This document shows, piece after piece, positions 47,303-57,951 of a DNA stretch of 64,000 bases (position 1 is its first letter; every line of letters starts with the position of its first letter). Source of the stretch: a virus (lineage: Duplodnaviria; Caudoviricetes); the IMG/VR virus record IMGVR_UViG_2898748948_000004, positions 22,443 to 86,442 of that record; one strand, given 5' to 3'. Under the pieces are notes generated by a model, which saw only the letters and a list, made by a program, of their open reading frames with translations, made no database searches and had not been told where the DNA came from. Made by a program: the position numbers and the translations under genes.

Positions 47303-48067
47303 ATGGCATACCCAGTCATCAATCAGGAGCCTATCAACGGCGCAGCTGCTGCTGGCGACAGCGGCATGCGCGTGCAAAGTCTGCAGCCGGTGCGCTTCGG
47401 GACTCCAAGCCTGGATCAGGGCGGCGGCCTTGATCGGGAATTCACGCCGGACAGCCTGATCCCAACCAGCTGGGGGAGCCCCGGGCTGGTGCTGATTCTG
47501 AGTGCGCAGAGCCTGCAGCCTGTGCAGTTCGGCACACCGCGGCTCAATGGCCAGGAGATGCGCCCCGAGAGCCTGGTGCCGGCGCGCTTTGGTACGCCCG
47601 AAGCGCGCTTCGGCATGCCCCCTGGCGAGGTGACACTGCAGGCCCAGAGCCTGCGCCCGGTGACTTTCGGCCGCCCATCGCTGCAGGCGGTTCTTCAAGT
47701 CGGCCCCGCTCCCAGCCTGACGCCAGCGCGCTTCGGCCAGCCCCGGCTTTCCATGGGCCTGCGTGTACAGAGTCTGCAGCCAGCGGGCTTTGGCGCGCCA
47801 GCACTGGTCACTTTTGCGCATGTGGATTCGCTGCGGCCCGCGCGCTTTGGCGAGCCTTCGCTGCAGCTGGGCTTTGGCGTGGCGGGGCTGCAGGTCGGGC
47901 ACTTTGGCAGCCCGCGCGTGCAGCTCGCTGGTCTGTCATTCACTCCCGAGAGCCTGCAGCCGGTGAACTTTGGCAGCCCGGCGCTGGGCGGCATGGCGAT
48001 GCGCGCCAGAACACTGTGCCCGGTTCGGTTCGGGCGCCCCACATTGGATAGAGGAACGGCATGCTGA
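47303..48067 (+). CDS. Virion protein built from about 11 SLxPxxFGxPxL repeats
   Basis: Repeats visible in the translation. Confidence 0.75.
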   Translation: MAYPVINQEPINGAAAAGDSGMRVQSLQPVRFGTPSLDQGGGLDREFTPDSLIPTSWGSPGLVLILSAQSLQPVQFGTPRLNGQEMRPESLVPARFGTPEARFGMPPGEVTLQAQSLRPVTFGRPSLQAVLQVGPAPSLTPARFGQPRLSMGLRVQSLQPAGFGAPALVTFAHVDSLRPARFGEPSLQLGFGVAGLQVGHFGSPRVQLAGLSFTPESLQPVNFGSPALGGMAMRARTLCPVRFGRPTLDRGTAC

Positions 48068-49227
48068 CCTATAAAGGCTTTACTGGCATCAACAATGTGC
48101 TGCCCGAGCACCGCATGGGCAGCGGCGATCTGCTGCTGGCGCAGGATGTGGACATCGGCCTGACAGGGGAGGTCACGCGCCGCGCGGGGCTGACCGTGGC
48201 TTCCGAGCAGTGCCACAAGAACCTGCATCAGGCCCACAGCTTCATGCTGGCGACCTGTGGCAGCGCCCTGACGGCGATTCATCCCGATGGTGCACACCAT
48301 GTGATTCACCCGGCGCTGGGCTCTGACCGGGTCTGGTACTGCGATCTGCCTGATGGCCGCACTACCTATAGCAATGGGCTGATTCATGGCGTGACGGACG
48401 GACGCGCAGGCGTGGAGCGCAGCGTGGCCGTGCCCGATTCGCTGGGCCTGCCCGATCAGTGCTTCGGTGCGTTGCACCCTGGCCAGTACCGCTACACCCT
48501 GAGTTTTGTGCGCCTGGCGGACCGGCTGGAAGGCCCTGCCATCAGCTCCGAGCCGTTGATGCTGGCTCAGGGCGGCCTGCGTCTGGACGCGCTGCCCGAG
48601 CTGGAGGGCCATGCGGTCAATGTCTATCTGAGCGGCAAGGACGGGGAGGGCGCCTATCTTGCAGGCACGGCCTTGGGCTCAAGCTTTGAATTCACGGGCG
48701 ACAACACGGCGCTTGTATTGCCCTGCCGAACGCTGGGGGCCGAGCCCTTCCCGGTGGGAACGGTCACAGCCTTCTGGCGCGGGCGGGTGCTGGTGGCGCA
48801 GGGCAATGTGCTGTGGGCTTCGCGCCCCATGTCGCCGCATCTGTCGGACTGGCGCGACTTCAAGCCCTTGCCCGCGCCGATCACGGCCATCCAGCCGGTG
48901 GAGGATGGGGTGTATGTGGGTACCGAGCAGGATCTGGTGTTTCTGGCGGGTACGGAATGGGAGCAACTGGCCTATGTGCCCACCAAGCGCGGCCCGGTGG
49001 TGCTGGGCTCCGGCGTGTCGGCGTCAGGGCACCGCATCAAGCTGGGCGATGGCACGGGCGGCGGCCAGGCCATGCTGTGCATTGCAGGCGGCGAGGTGGT
49101 GGCCGGCTTTGCCGGTGGACAGACTGCCAGCCTGACCGCTGATCGCTACCGCACCGCGGTCAAGGAGGTGTGCGCTACCTTCCGTGAGGTGAATGGTATT
49201 CCTCAGTATCTGGCGGTGCACCAATGA
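48061..49227 (+). CDS. Tail tubular B/nozzle-like beta-propeller protein
   Basis: YKGFTGINNV, DVDI..TG..TRRAG, GRVLVAQGNVLWASRP. Confidence 0.65.
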   Translation: MLTYKGFTGINNVLPEHRMGSGDLLLAQDVDIGLTGEVTRRAGLTVASEQCHKNLHQAHSFMLATCGSALTAIHPDGAHHVIHPALGSDRVWYCDLPDGRTTYSNGLIHGVTDGRAGVERSVAVPDSLGLPDQCFGALHPGQYRYTLSFVRLADRLEGPAISSEPLMLAQGGLRLDALPELEGHAVNVYLSGKDGEGAYLAGTALGSSFEFTGDNTALVLPCRTLGAEPFPVGTVTAFWRGRVLVAQGNVLWASRPMSPHLSDWRDFKPLPAPITAIQPVEDGVYVGTEQDLVFLAGTEWEQLAYVPTKRGPVVLGSGVSASGHRIKLGDGTGGGQAMLCIAGGEVVAGFAGGQTASLTADRYRTAVKEVCATFREVNGIPQYLAVHQ

Positions 49228-51506
49228 ATTTGTGGAACCCGTTTGCCTTCGATGTGCTGGGCCGACCCGTGGCGGCGGCCGCGCCGCCGGCGCTGCGCGT
49301 GGAGGGCGGACAGGCCAGCACCGAGCAGCGGGCGATGGCGCAGCAGGTCTTTGCGCGCTATGTGAGCCATGCCCGTCTGTCCCAGGCGCCCAACCCCACG
49401 CAGCTGGGCAAGCTGGCGGACGGCACGGCTTACCGCATTGTCTCGGTGGCCGGGCAGCACATCATGCAGATCTGGCCGGCGCAGAGCAGCCGCCGCGTCA
49501 AGGTGGATAGCGGGATTCTGTTCTCCCAGATGCAGTCGGGTGAGATCTGGCTGCTGGTCAACGAACTGGTGGATGGCCGGCCTTCGGCCAAATGGGGGTT
49601 TCGCAATATTGCGCAGGAGTACAGCGCGCCCGAGAAGTCAGATATTTTTGCCCTGCAGGGGATGACGGACCGGGCTATCGCTGCGCCTGGGGGCTGGGGC
49701 TATTCCTATGCCACGCAGGGGCTGGGCCGCTATGGCTACTTGAACGTTTTCACGCCGCTGAGCACGGGCAACTATCCGGGCGAGCTGATGCATGTCTCTC
49801 CCGGTGGCGCCGCAATCTTTGTGAACACATCGGTGTCGAGCGCCAGGGCAATGAGGCAGTCGGTGCTCAAGAAGGGCGTGAGTGACTTGAGTCCAGCGCC
49901 TTTTGGCGCCAACGCGCAAACCACGGTTATCAAGCAGGAAGTGGCGGCTGAGAGCCAGGATCTGTCGGTCGATACGCCCGGGTTTATCGACCTGGTGGAT
50001 CTGTTTCCGCTGCCGAACCCGGATGAGCGTCAGTTCCATGTCGTTTCGCCCAACGGCAAATACCTTGCTGTGGTGGTTGAGAGGTATGCGGGACGGCGCT
50101 CCACCATCGTGGGCCCGCTTGTCTATGCACCGGACTATTTCGAGATCAAGTGGGATATGTGGCCCTACGTCAGCTATTCGCGGGGGGATAGCGTCAATCT
50201 GTACTTGCAGCTCACGCCCAACAATGCGCGGCCGGCCGAGTATGAGGAGACGGAGCAGATCGTCAAGGCATTCAGGGCCGGCAGCGCAGGGTATGAGCCC
50301 GCTGCGGATGTGCTGCTCCCCGTCACGCCCAGCGTGTTCACGCCCACGATTTCTCGGGTCGTCAACAACGTGGTGCAGGCGGCCTTTCATGCCGGCTTTC
50401 ATGTGGTGCAGCAATACTGGCCGCATCCGCACCTGATCAGCAGTGTCAGCCTGATCGAGGACAACGGTGGGGCCAATAACGTGTACCAGGTGTCGGCCAC
50501 GCACTCCACTACGAACAGCTACCAGCTGCGCAAGTCCAGCGAGCGTACAACCAGGCACTTGGTCGGTATCACCGACAGCGGTGAGCTGATGACCCAGGAC
50601 GATAACGTCAGCCTCGTTTACGAGGTGGACTACAGCCGGCCCACATCGTCCAGCGTCGTGGCCCTCACTCAGCAAGAGCACCCGCCCAAGGTCGGAGTGG
50701 AGCTCGTCATGGGCATGCCCAGCGTCAATGTCAGCTCCGGCAGCTTTGAGGCGAAGTTCAAGTACCACGCCAAGAGTCTGCGCAAATACAGCCACGGCCC
50801 CGAGCTCGTCATCAGCGAAAGCTATGTGGAAGGGGTCAAGAGCGGGACGTTCTTTGAAGACCTGATACCCGTCGAAAGGGTGCGCAATGGCAGCGCGCAG
50901 GTGCAGTACACCTCGCGGGTCGTGGGTCGCCGGGTGCTGCTGCAGCGTCTTGCGGATGGGCTGCTGGTGTACTACGTGCACTCGGCCGAGCTGAGTCACC
51001 AATCTTCTTCGGCTTATTCGCAGCAGACGAGTACGGAGTCGCCCTCGACCGCCATCCCCGTTCTTCATGCACGGATGCATATTTGGTACCGGGGCGTGGA
51101 AACGACTTTCCCCATGGAACCCAGCGGCGCTGGCTATGCCGGCTATGCCAACCTGGGCACCAATATTACCGAGCGGGGTGAAAGCCTGCGCCCCTCTGAG
51201 AACCTGTTGGGGGACACGGAGCCCATCGGTAGCTGGGATGTGAACTATGCCGCCCTGTCCGACTTTATTGCGACCAATGTGGACAGCGTTGTGGCGCCTT
51301 TGTCCATCAACAACTTGTTTGCCTCGGCTGTCTGTGCGAAGTGCCCGCAAACACAAGGAATGCTGCTGGAGATCTCGGTCGGCAATTTTCCAGACCAGCA
51401 AATCCGGCGCTTCCTGGTGGATCCAGTGGCCGGGGTCAGAGAGGCTGAGTCCGTCTTGCCGTGGCCGCAAGCCGCCCGCAATGCTCCATTGTTTTACCCG
51501 TTCTGA
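49224..51506 (+). CDS. Virion or tail protein with a variable C-terminal region
   Basis: 760-aa ORF in the tail operon, ATGA-coupled. Confidence 0.65.
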   Translation: MNLWNPFAFDVLGRPVAAAAPPALRVEGGQASTEQRAMAQQVFARYVSHARLSQAPNPTQLGKLADGTAYRIVSVAGQHIMQIWPAQSSRRVKVDSGILFSQMQSGEIWLLVNELVDGRPSAKWGFRNIAQEYSAPEKSDIFALQGMTDRAIAAPGGWGYSYATQGLGRYGYLNVFTPLSTGNYPGELMHVSPGGAAIFVNTSVSSARAMRQSVLKKGVSDLSPAPFGANAQTTVIKQEVAAESQDLSVDTPGFIDLVDLFPLPNPDERQFHVVSPNGKYLAVVVERYAGRRSTIVGPLVYAPDYFEIKWDMWPYVSYSRGDSVNLYLQLTPNNARPAEYEETEQIVKAFRAGSAGYEPAADVLLPVTPSVFTPTISRVVNNVVQAAFHAGFHVVQQYWPHPHLISSVSLIEDNGGANNVYQVSATHSTTNSYQLRKSSERTTRHLVGITDSGELMTQDDNVSLVYEVDYSRPTSSSVVALTQQEHPPKVGVELVMGMPSVNVSSGSFEAKFKYHAKSLRKYSHGPELVISESYVEGVKSGTFFEDLIPVERVRNGSAQVQYTSRVVGRRVLLQRLADGLLVYYVHSAELSHQSSSAYSQQTSTESPSTAIPVLHARMHIWYRGVETTFPMEPSGAGYAGYANLGTNITERGESLRPSENLLGDTEPIGSWDVNYAALSDFIATNVDSVVAPLSINNLFASAVCAKCPQTQGMLLEISVGNFPDQQIRRFLVDPVAGVREAESVLPWPQAARNAPLFYPF

Positions 51507-51514
51507 GAGTCCCC

Positions 51515-51955
51515 ATGACTGCAATTACCGTCAACACCCTCACCGGCGCTGTGTCCGAATACACGCGCCACGACTTCCAGAGCATCACGCCAAACCATGG
51601 CGGCAGCGCCTCGGGTCTGTATGCCTTTGGCGGGGACACGGATGCCGGCTTGCCGATTCAGTCCTCGCTGCGCCTGCCCGTCACGCTGCGCGAGAACACG
51701 CTCAAGCAGCAGATTGCCATGGTCTATCTGTCCATGCAGGGGCAGGGCGAAGCTGAGTTCACGGTCTTCGGCCCGGGCGGGCAGGCATGGTCCTATCCGT
51801 TTCCACTGCGCGACAGCGGCCAGACGCGCTGCCCGGTGGGCAAGGGCATCCGAGAAAACTATCTGGGCTTCGGCCTGAGTACCCCCGCTGGGCAGGCCTT
51901 CACGCTCGATCGCGTGGAAGTGCTGAGCGTGAAATCCAAGACACGGAGAGTTTGA
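51515..51955 (+). CDS. Conserved tail-region hypothetical protein
   Basis: VNTLTGAVSEY, RCPVGKGIRENYLGF. Confidence 0.7.
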   Translation: MTAITVNTLTGAVSEYTRHDFQSITPNHGGSASGLYAFGGDTDAGLPIQSSLRLPVTLRENTLKQQIAMVYLSMQGQGEAEFTVFGPGGQAWSYPFPLRDSGQTRCPVGKGIRENYLGFGLSTPAGQAFTLDRVEVLSVKSKTRRV

Positions 51956-51956
51956 G

Positions 51957-53759
51957 ATGGCAGAGTTTGACTTCAACGGCCCGGCCGAGATTGTTCAGGA
52001 CAAGTATGAGCGCTCCATCGACCTGGCGAACCAGGCCTTGAGCGAAACCAAGTCCATGCAGGATGCGCTCAATGCAAGCATCTACACGCCGCCAACGATC
52101 AGTGTGCGCTGGGGCACGATTGCCGCGCCCAACTTGCCGGATCTGCCAGACTTGCCCGAGCTGCCGCAGGTGGGCTTCACCACGCCCGGTGATATGCCTG
52201 CCGCGCTGGATCTTGGCAGTCTGCCGGATGTGGAGGTGGTCGGCTTCGACCTGCAGCCGCCGGCCATGGACTTTGGCGTGGCGCCTGATCTGGTGATTGG
52301 TCAGGCGCCGGCCTTGCCCCAGATGCGGGAGGTGGCCATCCCCGATGCGCCGGATGTGAGCTTGCCTGATGCGCCCGAATTCCTCTCGCTGACCACGCAC
52401 AGCTTTGGCGGGGTGAATCTGCACGAGGACTGGCTGGACAGGCTGGACGATGTGCCAGAGCTGCAGCTGCTGGAGCCCGCGCCCTTTGAATTCAAGCGCG
52501 CGCCTGGCTATGCCTCGGAGCTGATGGGCAACCTCAAGGCCATCCTGGCTGCGCGCATTCAGGGCGGCACGGGCCTGAATCCCGTGGTGGAGCAGGCCAT
52601 CTGGGATCGATCGCGCGACCGCGAAACCCAGATTGCGCTGGCGCGAGAGCGCGAGGTGATGCGCGGCGCCGAGGCGCTGGGGTTCCCGCTGCCGTCCGGG
52701 GTGCTGGCCGGTCAGCTGGCCTATGCCCGCCGCGAGTACCACGACAAGCTCTCGGGCCTGGCCCGTGACATTGCGATCAAGCAGGCCGAGCTGGAGCAAT
52801 CGAACGTCAAGGATGCGATCACCCAGGGGCTGGCACTGGAGGGGCAGTTGATGGATCAGGCCTTGCAGCTGGATCGCCTGTCCTTTGATGCGGCCAAGAC
52901 GGCGGCCGATCACAGCATTGCCGCGCACAATGCAGCGCTGGAGCGCTTCAAGGCACTGCTGGACGGCTACCGCACTTATGCCATGGCCTACGAAACCGTC
53001 ATCAAGGCGGAAATGAATAAGGTCGAGGTCTACAAGGCGCTGCTCCAGGCAGAGCAGACCAAGGCCGACATCAACCAGTCGCTGGTGGCGCGCTACAAGG
53101 CAGAGATTGATGGAAGCATGGCGTCCGTGGAGATCTACAAGGCCCGCGTGCAGGCGGCGCAGACGCTGGTGGGGCTGGAGCAGACCCGCATTCAAGCCGG
53201 TGGCGAGCAGATTCGCGCCTTTGTGGCGACCATCAACGCCGAGACTTCCAAGGTGGAGCTCTACAAGGCCCGCGCCCAGGCCGAGGCCACCAAGCAGGAT
53301 GCCTACAAGTCCCAGGTGCAGGCCTATGGCGCGTATACCGGCGCCCAGGCCGAGCGCGCCCGCGTGGCAATAGCCCAGGCCCAGGCCAAGATTGCGGCCA
53401 AGGAGCTGGAGTGGAGCGGCTGGAAGGCCAAGCTGTCCGCCGAGGTGGCCAAGATGGACGCGGCGGCCAAACAGTCGGCCATTCTGGTGGACGGCTACCG
53501 GGTCGGTGCCAACGCCATTGAGGCCAAGGCTGCAAGCTATGCGCGCCGCTGGGAAGCGGAGATCAAGCAGTACGAGGCCGGCTCCAACATCAGCCTGCAG
53601 ACGGCCAAGATCAACACCGATGTGGCGATCCAGACGAACAATGCGCGCCTGGAGGCGGCGAAGATTGGCCTCGCGACGGCATCGCAGCGCGTGGCCAGCG
53701 CCTGGAGCATGGTCAGCACTTCTGCTGCAATCAGCGGTTCTGTCAGCCAGAGCGTCTGA
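51957..53759 (+). CDS. Coiled-coil internal virion or tail protein
   Basis: Pro-rich N-half, long A/Q/K coiled-coil C-half. Confidence 0.7.
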   Translation: MAEFDFNGPAEIVQDKYERSIDLANQALSETKSMQDALNASIYTPPTISVRWGTIAAPNLPDLPDLPELPQVGFTTPGDMPAALDLGSLPDVEVVGFDLQPPAMDFGVAPDLVIGQAPALPQMREVAIPDAPDVSLPDAPEFLSLTTHSFGGVNLHEDWLDRLDDVPELQLLEPAPFEFKRAPGYASELMGNLKAILAARIQGGTGLNPVVEQAIWDRSRDRETQIALAREREVMRGAEALGFPLPSGVLAGQLAYARREYHDKLSGLARDIAIKQAELEQSNVKDAITQGLALEGQLMDQALQLDRLSFDAAKTAADHSIAAHNAALERFKALLDGYRTYAMAYETVIKAEMNKVEVYKALLQAEQTKADINQSLVARYKAEIDGSMASVEIYKARVQAAQTLVGLEQTRIQAGGEQIRAFVATINAETSKVELYKARAQAEATKQDAYKSQVQAYGAYTGAQAERARVAIAQAQAKIAAKELEWSGWKAKLSAEVAKMDAAAKQSAILVDGYRVGANAIEAKAASYARRWEAEIKQYEAGSNISLQTAKINTDVAIQTNNARLEAAKIGLATASQRVASAWSMVSTSAAISGSVSQSV

Positions 53760-53825
53760 TTGGTGAAGCGGCCGGCCCCCGTGTAGGGTTCGACAGTTCG
53801 GCGGGGCGGCAACACACTGCCGCCC

Positions 53826-54188
53826 ATGTCTGCCCACAAATACAAACTTGAAATCGACCAAGGGGCCACGTTCGACAAGACCATTACTTGGAAGACGGGC
53901 ACTAAGGCCAATGCTGTGCCCGTGGATCTGACCGGCTGCAAGGCTCGCTCTCAGTTTCGTGAAGCCGTGGAGAGTGAAGCGGTGCTACTGGAGCTGACCA
54001 CGGAGAACGGGCGCATCAAGCTGGGTGGCCCGACAGGCGAGATCCGCATTCTGATCAGTGCTACGGATACGGCCTCGATTGGCTGGACTTCTTGCGTCTA
54101 TGACTTGGAAATCGAATTCCCAGATGGCACGGTGGTGCGGCGCATAGCCGGCTCAGTGGTGGTTTCGCCGGAGGTGACTCGTGACTGA
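53826..54188 (+). CDS. BppU-N-like Ig-fold tail adaptor
   Basis: IDQGATF, VDLTGCKARSQFR, VYDLEI..G.V.R. Confidence 0.7.
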   Translation: MSAHKYKLEIDQGATFDKTITWKTGTKANAVPVDLTGCKARSQFREAVESEAVLLELTTENGRIKLGGPTGEIRILISATDTASIGWTSCVYDLEIEFPDGTVVRRIAGSVVVSPEVTRD

Positions 54189-54765
54189 TCTGCTGGAAAT
54201 CCCCCAAGAGCACTTGCTGCTGGAACAGGTGCAGACCCTTGTGCTGCTGGAGCCCAAAGGCAGCGACGACATTGTGGAGGTACCAGTCGAGCAGCTCGAG
54301 GTGCTTGAGGTGCTTGAGGACAACACCCTGCTGGAGACGGTGCAGGAGTTGGTGCTGCTGACCGAGTGCCAGCAGGGGCCGCCTGGGCCTCCCGGTGTTC
54401 CTGGCCCAGCAGGCGGTCAAGTGCTGCAGCGCATGGCAGGCATGGATACAAGTGCGCTTCTCGTGGTCTACGAAGACCTGTTCGGCGCTGTCTGGCCGGC
54501 TGATCCTGATGTGGAAAGCGATGTGCTGGCGTTGCTCGGCGTGACGGTGAGCGCGGCCGTGGCCGGTCAGCCCGTCAACGTGCAGCGCATGGGTTCCATC
54601 GATGACGCGGCCTGGCAGCTCCAGCCTGGCAAGCGCGTATTTCTGGGTAGGCAGGGGCAGCTGACACAGGAGCCGCCGCTGGGTGGTTATGACGTTCTGA
54701 TCGGCACGGCCATCACCTCGACCCGACTGCTTCTCAATATTCAAGACCCCATAGAACTGGAGTAA
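54181..54765 (+). CDS. Structural protein with short collagen motif
   Basis: QQGPPGPPGVPGPAG; C-terminal DUF2190-like pattern. Confidence 0.65.
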   Translation: MTDLLEIPQEHLLLEQVQTLVLLEPKGSDDIVEVPVEQLEVLEVLEDNTLLETVQELVLLTECQQGPPGPPGVPGPAGGQVLQRMAGMDTSALLVVYEDLFGAVWPADPDVESDVLALLGVTVSAAVAGQPVNVQRMGSIDDAAWQLQPGKRVFLGRQGQLTQEPPLGGYDVLIGTAITSTRLLLNIQDPIELE

Positions 54766-54768
54766 GCC

Positions 54769-55299
54769 ATGGCTACACAGCCCACCCAAGGATTTTTGGC
54801 CCGCGTGTCGGGCAAGACCAAGCAACTGTTTGGCCTGGCCGTTTCTGCCGGCGCGGCGGATGCTGGCAAGCTGGTTGCGACCGACTCGACCGGCAAGCTG
54901 GATATGAGCCTGATGCCCGTGGGTATCGGTGCCAACACCATCATTGCACCAGCCAGTGAGGCCATTGGCGCGGGTAAGTTCGTCAATTTTTATAGCAATG
55001 CAGGCGCCATGAATGTGCGCTTGGCCGACAATAGCAATGGTCGGCCGGCGGACGGCTATCTGAAGGATGCCGTTGCCAATGCTGCCGCGGCCACGGTCTA
55101 CCCGCTGGACACCACCAATACTGCGCTCACGGGGCTGACCCCTGGCGCGCGCTACTGGCTGGGCACTGCGGGCGGTGTGATTTCAGCAGCGCTCGACTCC
55201 ACGGATACGGCCAATGTAGGCAAACTCTGCCAGGAGCTGGGCGTTGCCAAGAGCGCCACCGAGCTGGTGACAGACGACCTGGGCTACATCACGCTGTAA
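54769..55299 (+). CDS. DUF2190/capsid-cement-like structural protein
   Basis: [25 protein letters not shown]. Confidence 0.6.
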   Translation: MATQPTQGFLARVSGKTKQLFGLAVSAGAADAGKLVATDSTGKLDMSLMPVGIGANTIIAPASEAIGAGKFVNFYSNAGAMNVRLADNSNGRPADGYLKDAVANAAAATVYPLDTTNTALTGLTPGARYWLGTAGGVISAALDSTDTANVGKLCQELGVAKSATELVTDDLGYITL

Positions 55300-56216
55300 T
55301 GGTAAACCGCCGACCATTGGCCCGAGTGAGCGGGCGCACCCGTCAGCTCCCCGCCGGTGATCAACTGGATTCGGCGGTGCTGGCCAATGCCATCGCGGTG
55401 GTGCTCACAGAGCTGGTCACCAGTGACAAGTCGGCTGTCGCTGCCACCGATACGGTGCTGCAGGCCATTGGCAAGCTGCAGGCCCAGGCCTCTCTGGCGC
55501 TGACTGTAGACCATATAGGCGCGGCGCCGAACCAGATCCCGGCCGTGACGCATCTGGGCGCGCTGGCCTTTGTCGATCAAGTCGGGGCCACCATGGTTCT
55601 GAGGCATACGCCGGCATCCAGCCCCGGGCATTGGTGGCGGGAGTACATCAGCGACACCCAGACCACTATCAAGTTCCACGGGTTCGACAACACGGTGCGG
55701 ACTGTCTCTGAGGTCGGGCCACAGGGCCCCCAGGGGGCGACAGGGCCAGTTGGCCCCACTGGAGCCACAGGTGCCACCGGGCCGGAAGGGCCAGCCGGGC
55801 CAGCAGGAGCGGCAGGGGCAACCGGTGCGGCTGGTCCCCAAGGCCCAAAAGGGGATACCGGGGCCACGGGTTCTCAGGGGCCGAAGGGAGACAAGGGTGA
55901 TACCGGTGCCCAAGGTGTGCAGGGCATCCAAGGCCCAAAAGGGGATACAGGCGCAACTGGCCCCCAGGGCGCAAAGGGCGACACCGGGACTTTTGACACC
56001 GGACAGGTCGGCAGTGCCCCAAATCAGTTGCCCGCTGGCGCGCACCTCGGCGCCATGGCTTTTATGGATGAGGTCGGCACGACCATGGTTTATCAGCACA
56101 GCCCTGATCAGCAGCTGAATGCGGTGTGGCGCGAACGGGTCAGTAATACCGAAACAACTTTGAAATACAGGGGCAGCGATGGCGTGATTCGCAGCCGTCA
56201 GGAGCTTTGGACATGA
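55299..56216 (+). CDS. Collagen-like tail fibre with a duplicated domain
   Basis: Long G-X-Y run (~55720-55990) flanked by two homologous G.APNQ.PA..HLGA.AF.D.VG.TMV..H domains. Confidence 0.75.
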   Translation: MVNRRPLARVSGRTRQLPAGDQLDSAVLANAIAVVLTELVTSDKSAVAATDTVLQAIGKLQAQASLALTVDHIGAAPNQIPAVTHLGALAFVDQVGATMVLRHTPASSPGHWWREYISDTQTTIKFHGFDNTVRTVSEVGPQGPQGATGPVGPTGATGATGPEGPAGPAGAAGATGAAGPQGPKGDTGATGSQGPKGDKGDTGAQGVQGIQGPKGDTGATGPQGAKGDTGTFDTGQVGSAPNQLPAGAHLGAMAFMDEVGTTMVYQHSPDQQLNAVWRERVSNTETTLKYRGSDGVIRSRQELWT

Positions 56217-57397
56217 GTGTCATCGCCGGACTTCCAGATATTCGCCCCAGTCTGCTGCTGGATTTTGCCAACAGCCGCAGGGTCGATCCGCGAATACAGT
56301 TTACGCGTGCCAGCACGGCCACCTGCTTTGGTCCAGATGGTGTGTTGCGCACCGTAGGGAAAGGAATTCCGCGTATTGATTTCGACCCGGCGACAGGGGC
56401 ATGTCTCGGGCTTCTCATTGAAGAGTCTAGGACAAACCTGATTCTCCAAAGCACAGGAGACTCTGCTAAAGCACCTTGGAATAAAGGTGTGAACCTGACT
56501 CGTGTAGGTAACGCTCTTGCCCCAGATGGTACAAATACCGCGACGACCTACACGCCCGCTGCTGTAGGCAATGCCTATATTGGTCAATCTCACCAAAGAG
56601 CTGCAAATACAACATATGCAGTAAGTTGTTACGCAAGGATTCGATCAGGGAACGTTCCTACTGGCGGGGGGATTATTACCATTGATTACGACGCTAACGG
56701 AAATACTGGAGACTTAGAGCGCATTATTTTGCCATTTGAGGGTTCAGGTATTTCCTCGGAGTGGAAGAGGTTCTCTCTAACATTTACTAACGTTTCAGCG
56801 TATACAGCTAGTACATACTTTTGCACTGACTTTAACCCAGGTACTGAAATAGATCTGTGGGGCTGTCAGTTAGAAGTTGGAAACTTTCCTACAAGCTATA
56901 TTCCAACAACCACTTCTGAAGCCACTCGTGCAGCAGACTACGCAGTAATGCGTGACTCTGATTTCAGCAGTTGGTATAGGTCAGATCGTGGGACTTTTTT
57001 GGTTGAAGCATCGTGTTATACAGCTCGTCCTTCTGGTGCAAGACACACTCTTACATTTACAGATGGCACCGATATGCAGATGGTGGTAAAGATTCCAAGA
57101 CCGACAGGCCTTACTGGATTCACTGTTACTAAAAATGGTTCTCCTACTGCTGAGCTGTTCGGCAATGATTACGTTGCTAAGACTTTTGTCAAAGTTGCAG
57201 CAGCCTACGCCAGGGCTAACTTTGGTTTTGCGGATAACGGTGTGGTAACTGCAAATATGTCAGGAGATATGCCAGTTGGCGTAAATCGTCTTGATATTGG
57301 CTCTTACGGTCCTTACTATCAGAATGGGCACATTAAAAGAATTGCTTATTACCCTGTCCGGCTTTCCGATACACAACTTCAAAGGCTCACAGCATGA
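56213..57397 (+). CDS. Spike or receptor-binding fibre protein (LamG/CBM-like)
   Basis: [47 protein letters not shown]; visibly lower-GC interior. Confidence 0.75.
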   Translation: MSVIAGLPDIRPSLLLDFANSRRVDPRIQFTRASTATCFGPDGVLRTVGKGIPRIDFDPATGACLGLLIEESRTNLILQSTGDSAKAPWNKGVNLTRVGNALAPDGTNTATTYTPAAVGNAYIGQSHQRAANTTYAVSCYARIRSGNVPTGGGIITIDYDANGNTGDLERIILPFEGSGISSEWKRFSLTFTNVSAYTASTYFCTDFNPGTEIDLWGCQLEVGNFPTSYIPTTTSEATRAADYAVMRDSDFSSWYRSDRGTFLVEASCYTARPSGARHTLTFTDGTDMQMVVKIPRPTGLTGFTVTKNGSPTAELFGNDYVAKTFVKVAAAYARANFGFADNGVVTANMSGDMPVGVNRLDIGSYGPYYQNGHIKRIAYYPVRLSDTQLQRLTA

Positions 57398-57951
57398 AGT
57401 TTCTTCGCTTTGATTCAGAGTTTGATGCGCGTTCTGCCTTTGCTGATTTCATGCAAGAGGGCGAATGGCCTTCCTATATCGACAAGATTGCGGTCGATGT
57501 TGTTGGTATCGTCTACCAGCCAACCGGCGTGATGCTGGAGGACGACATACCTGAAATGGAGCCCACACCTGGGTTTCACATCAACCTGAGCGACAGCATT
57601 GCGCAGTTGCAGGCGTTTGAAATAGCACCGCCTTCGACTCCCGCACGGGTGTTTGCGGGCATTGGAGAGCAGGCAGCCCCACGCGTGCCGTCCGAAGTAG
57701 CGCGCTGGCAAGCCAAGCTGGTGCTGATGCGAACCCAGGGCCAGAACGGAGCCAACCTCTGGGAGGAGCTGATGAGCATGCGCACGGCCATTCCCGATGG
57801 CGAGAACTCTGTCTTGTTGGATGCAGCTCTTCTCGAAGTGCTCAACTGGCGGCGCACCAACCCCACGGTGGAATGGGCTGCCAAGCAACTGGGCTTGAGC
57901 AGTGCCCAGGTGGATGAGCTATTCATCGCGGCGGCGGCGCTGGAGCTTTGA
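57394..57951 (+). CDS. Tail-fibre associated or chaperone-like protein
   Basis: GFHINL, VPSEVARWQAKL, LGLSSAQVDELFIAAAAL. Confidence 0.65.
   Translation: MKFLRFDSEFDARSAFADFMQEGEWPSYIDKIAVDVVGIVYQPTGVMLEDDIPEMEPTPGFHINLSDSIAQLQAFEIAPPSTPARVFAGIGEQAAPRVPSEVARWQAKLVLMRTQGQNGANLWEELMSMRTAIPDGENSVLLDAALLEVLNWRRTNPTVEWAAKQLGLSSAQVDELFIAAAALEL

Noticed and set aside
49638-53861. 628-aa and 653-aa minus-strand ORFs
   Set aside because: Antisense to coherent, coupled plus-strand tail genes
55720-55990. Repetitive GC-rich DNA as a tandem repeat element
   Set aside because: Fully explained by collagen G-X-Y coding
54769-57951. Diversity-generating retroelement acting on tail fibres (as in BPP-1-like podoviruses)
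   Set aside because: No reverse transcriptase motif and no TR/VR pair differing at adenines was seen
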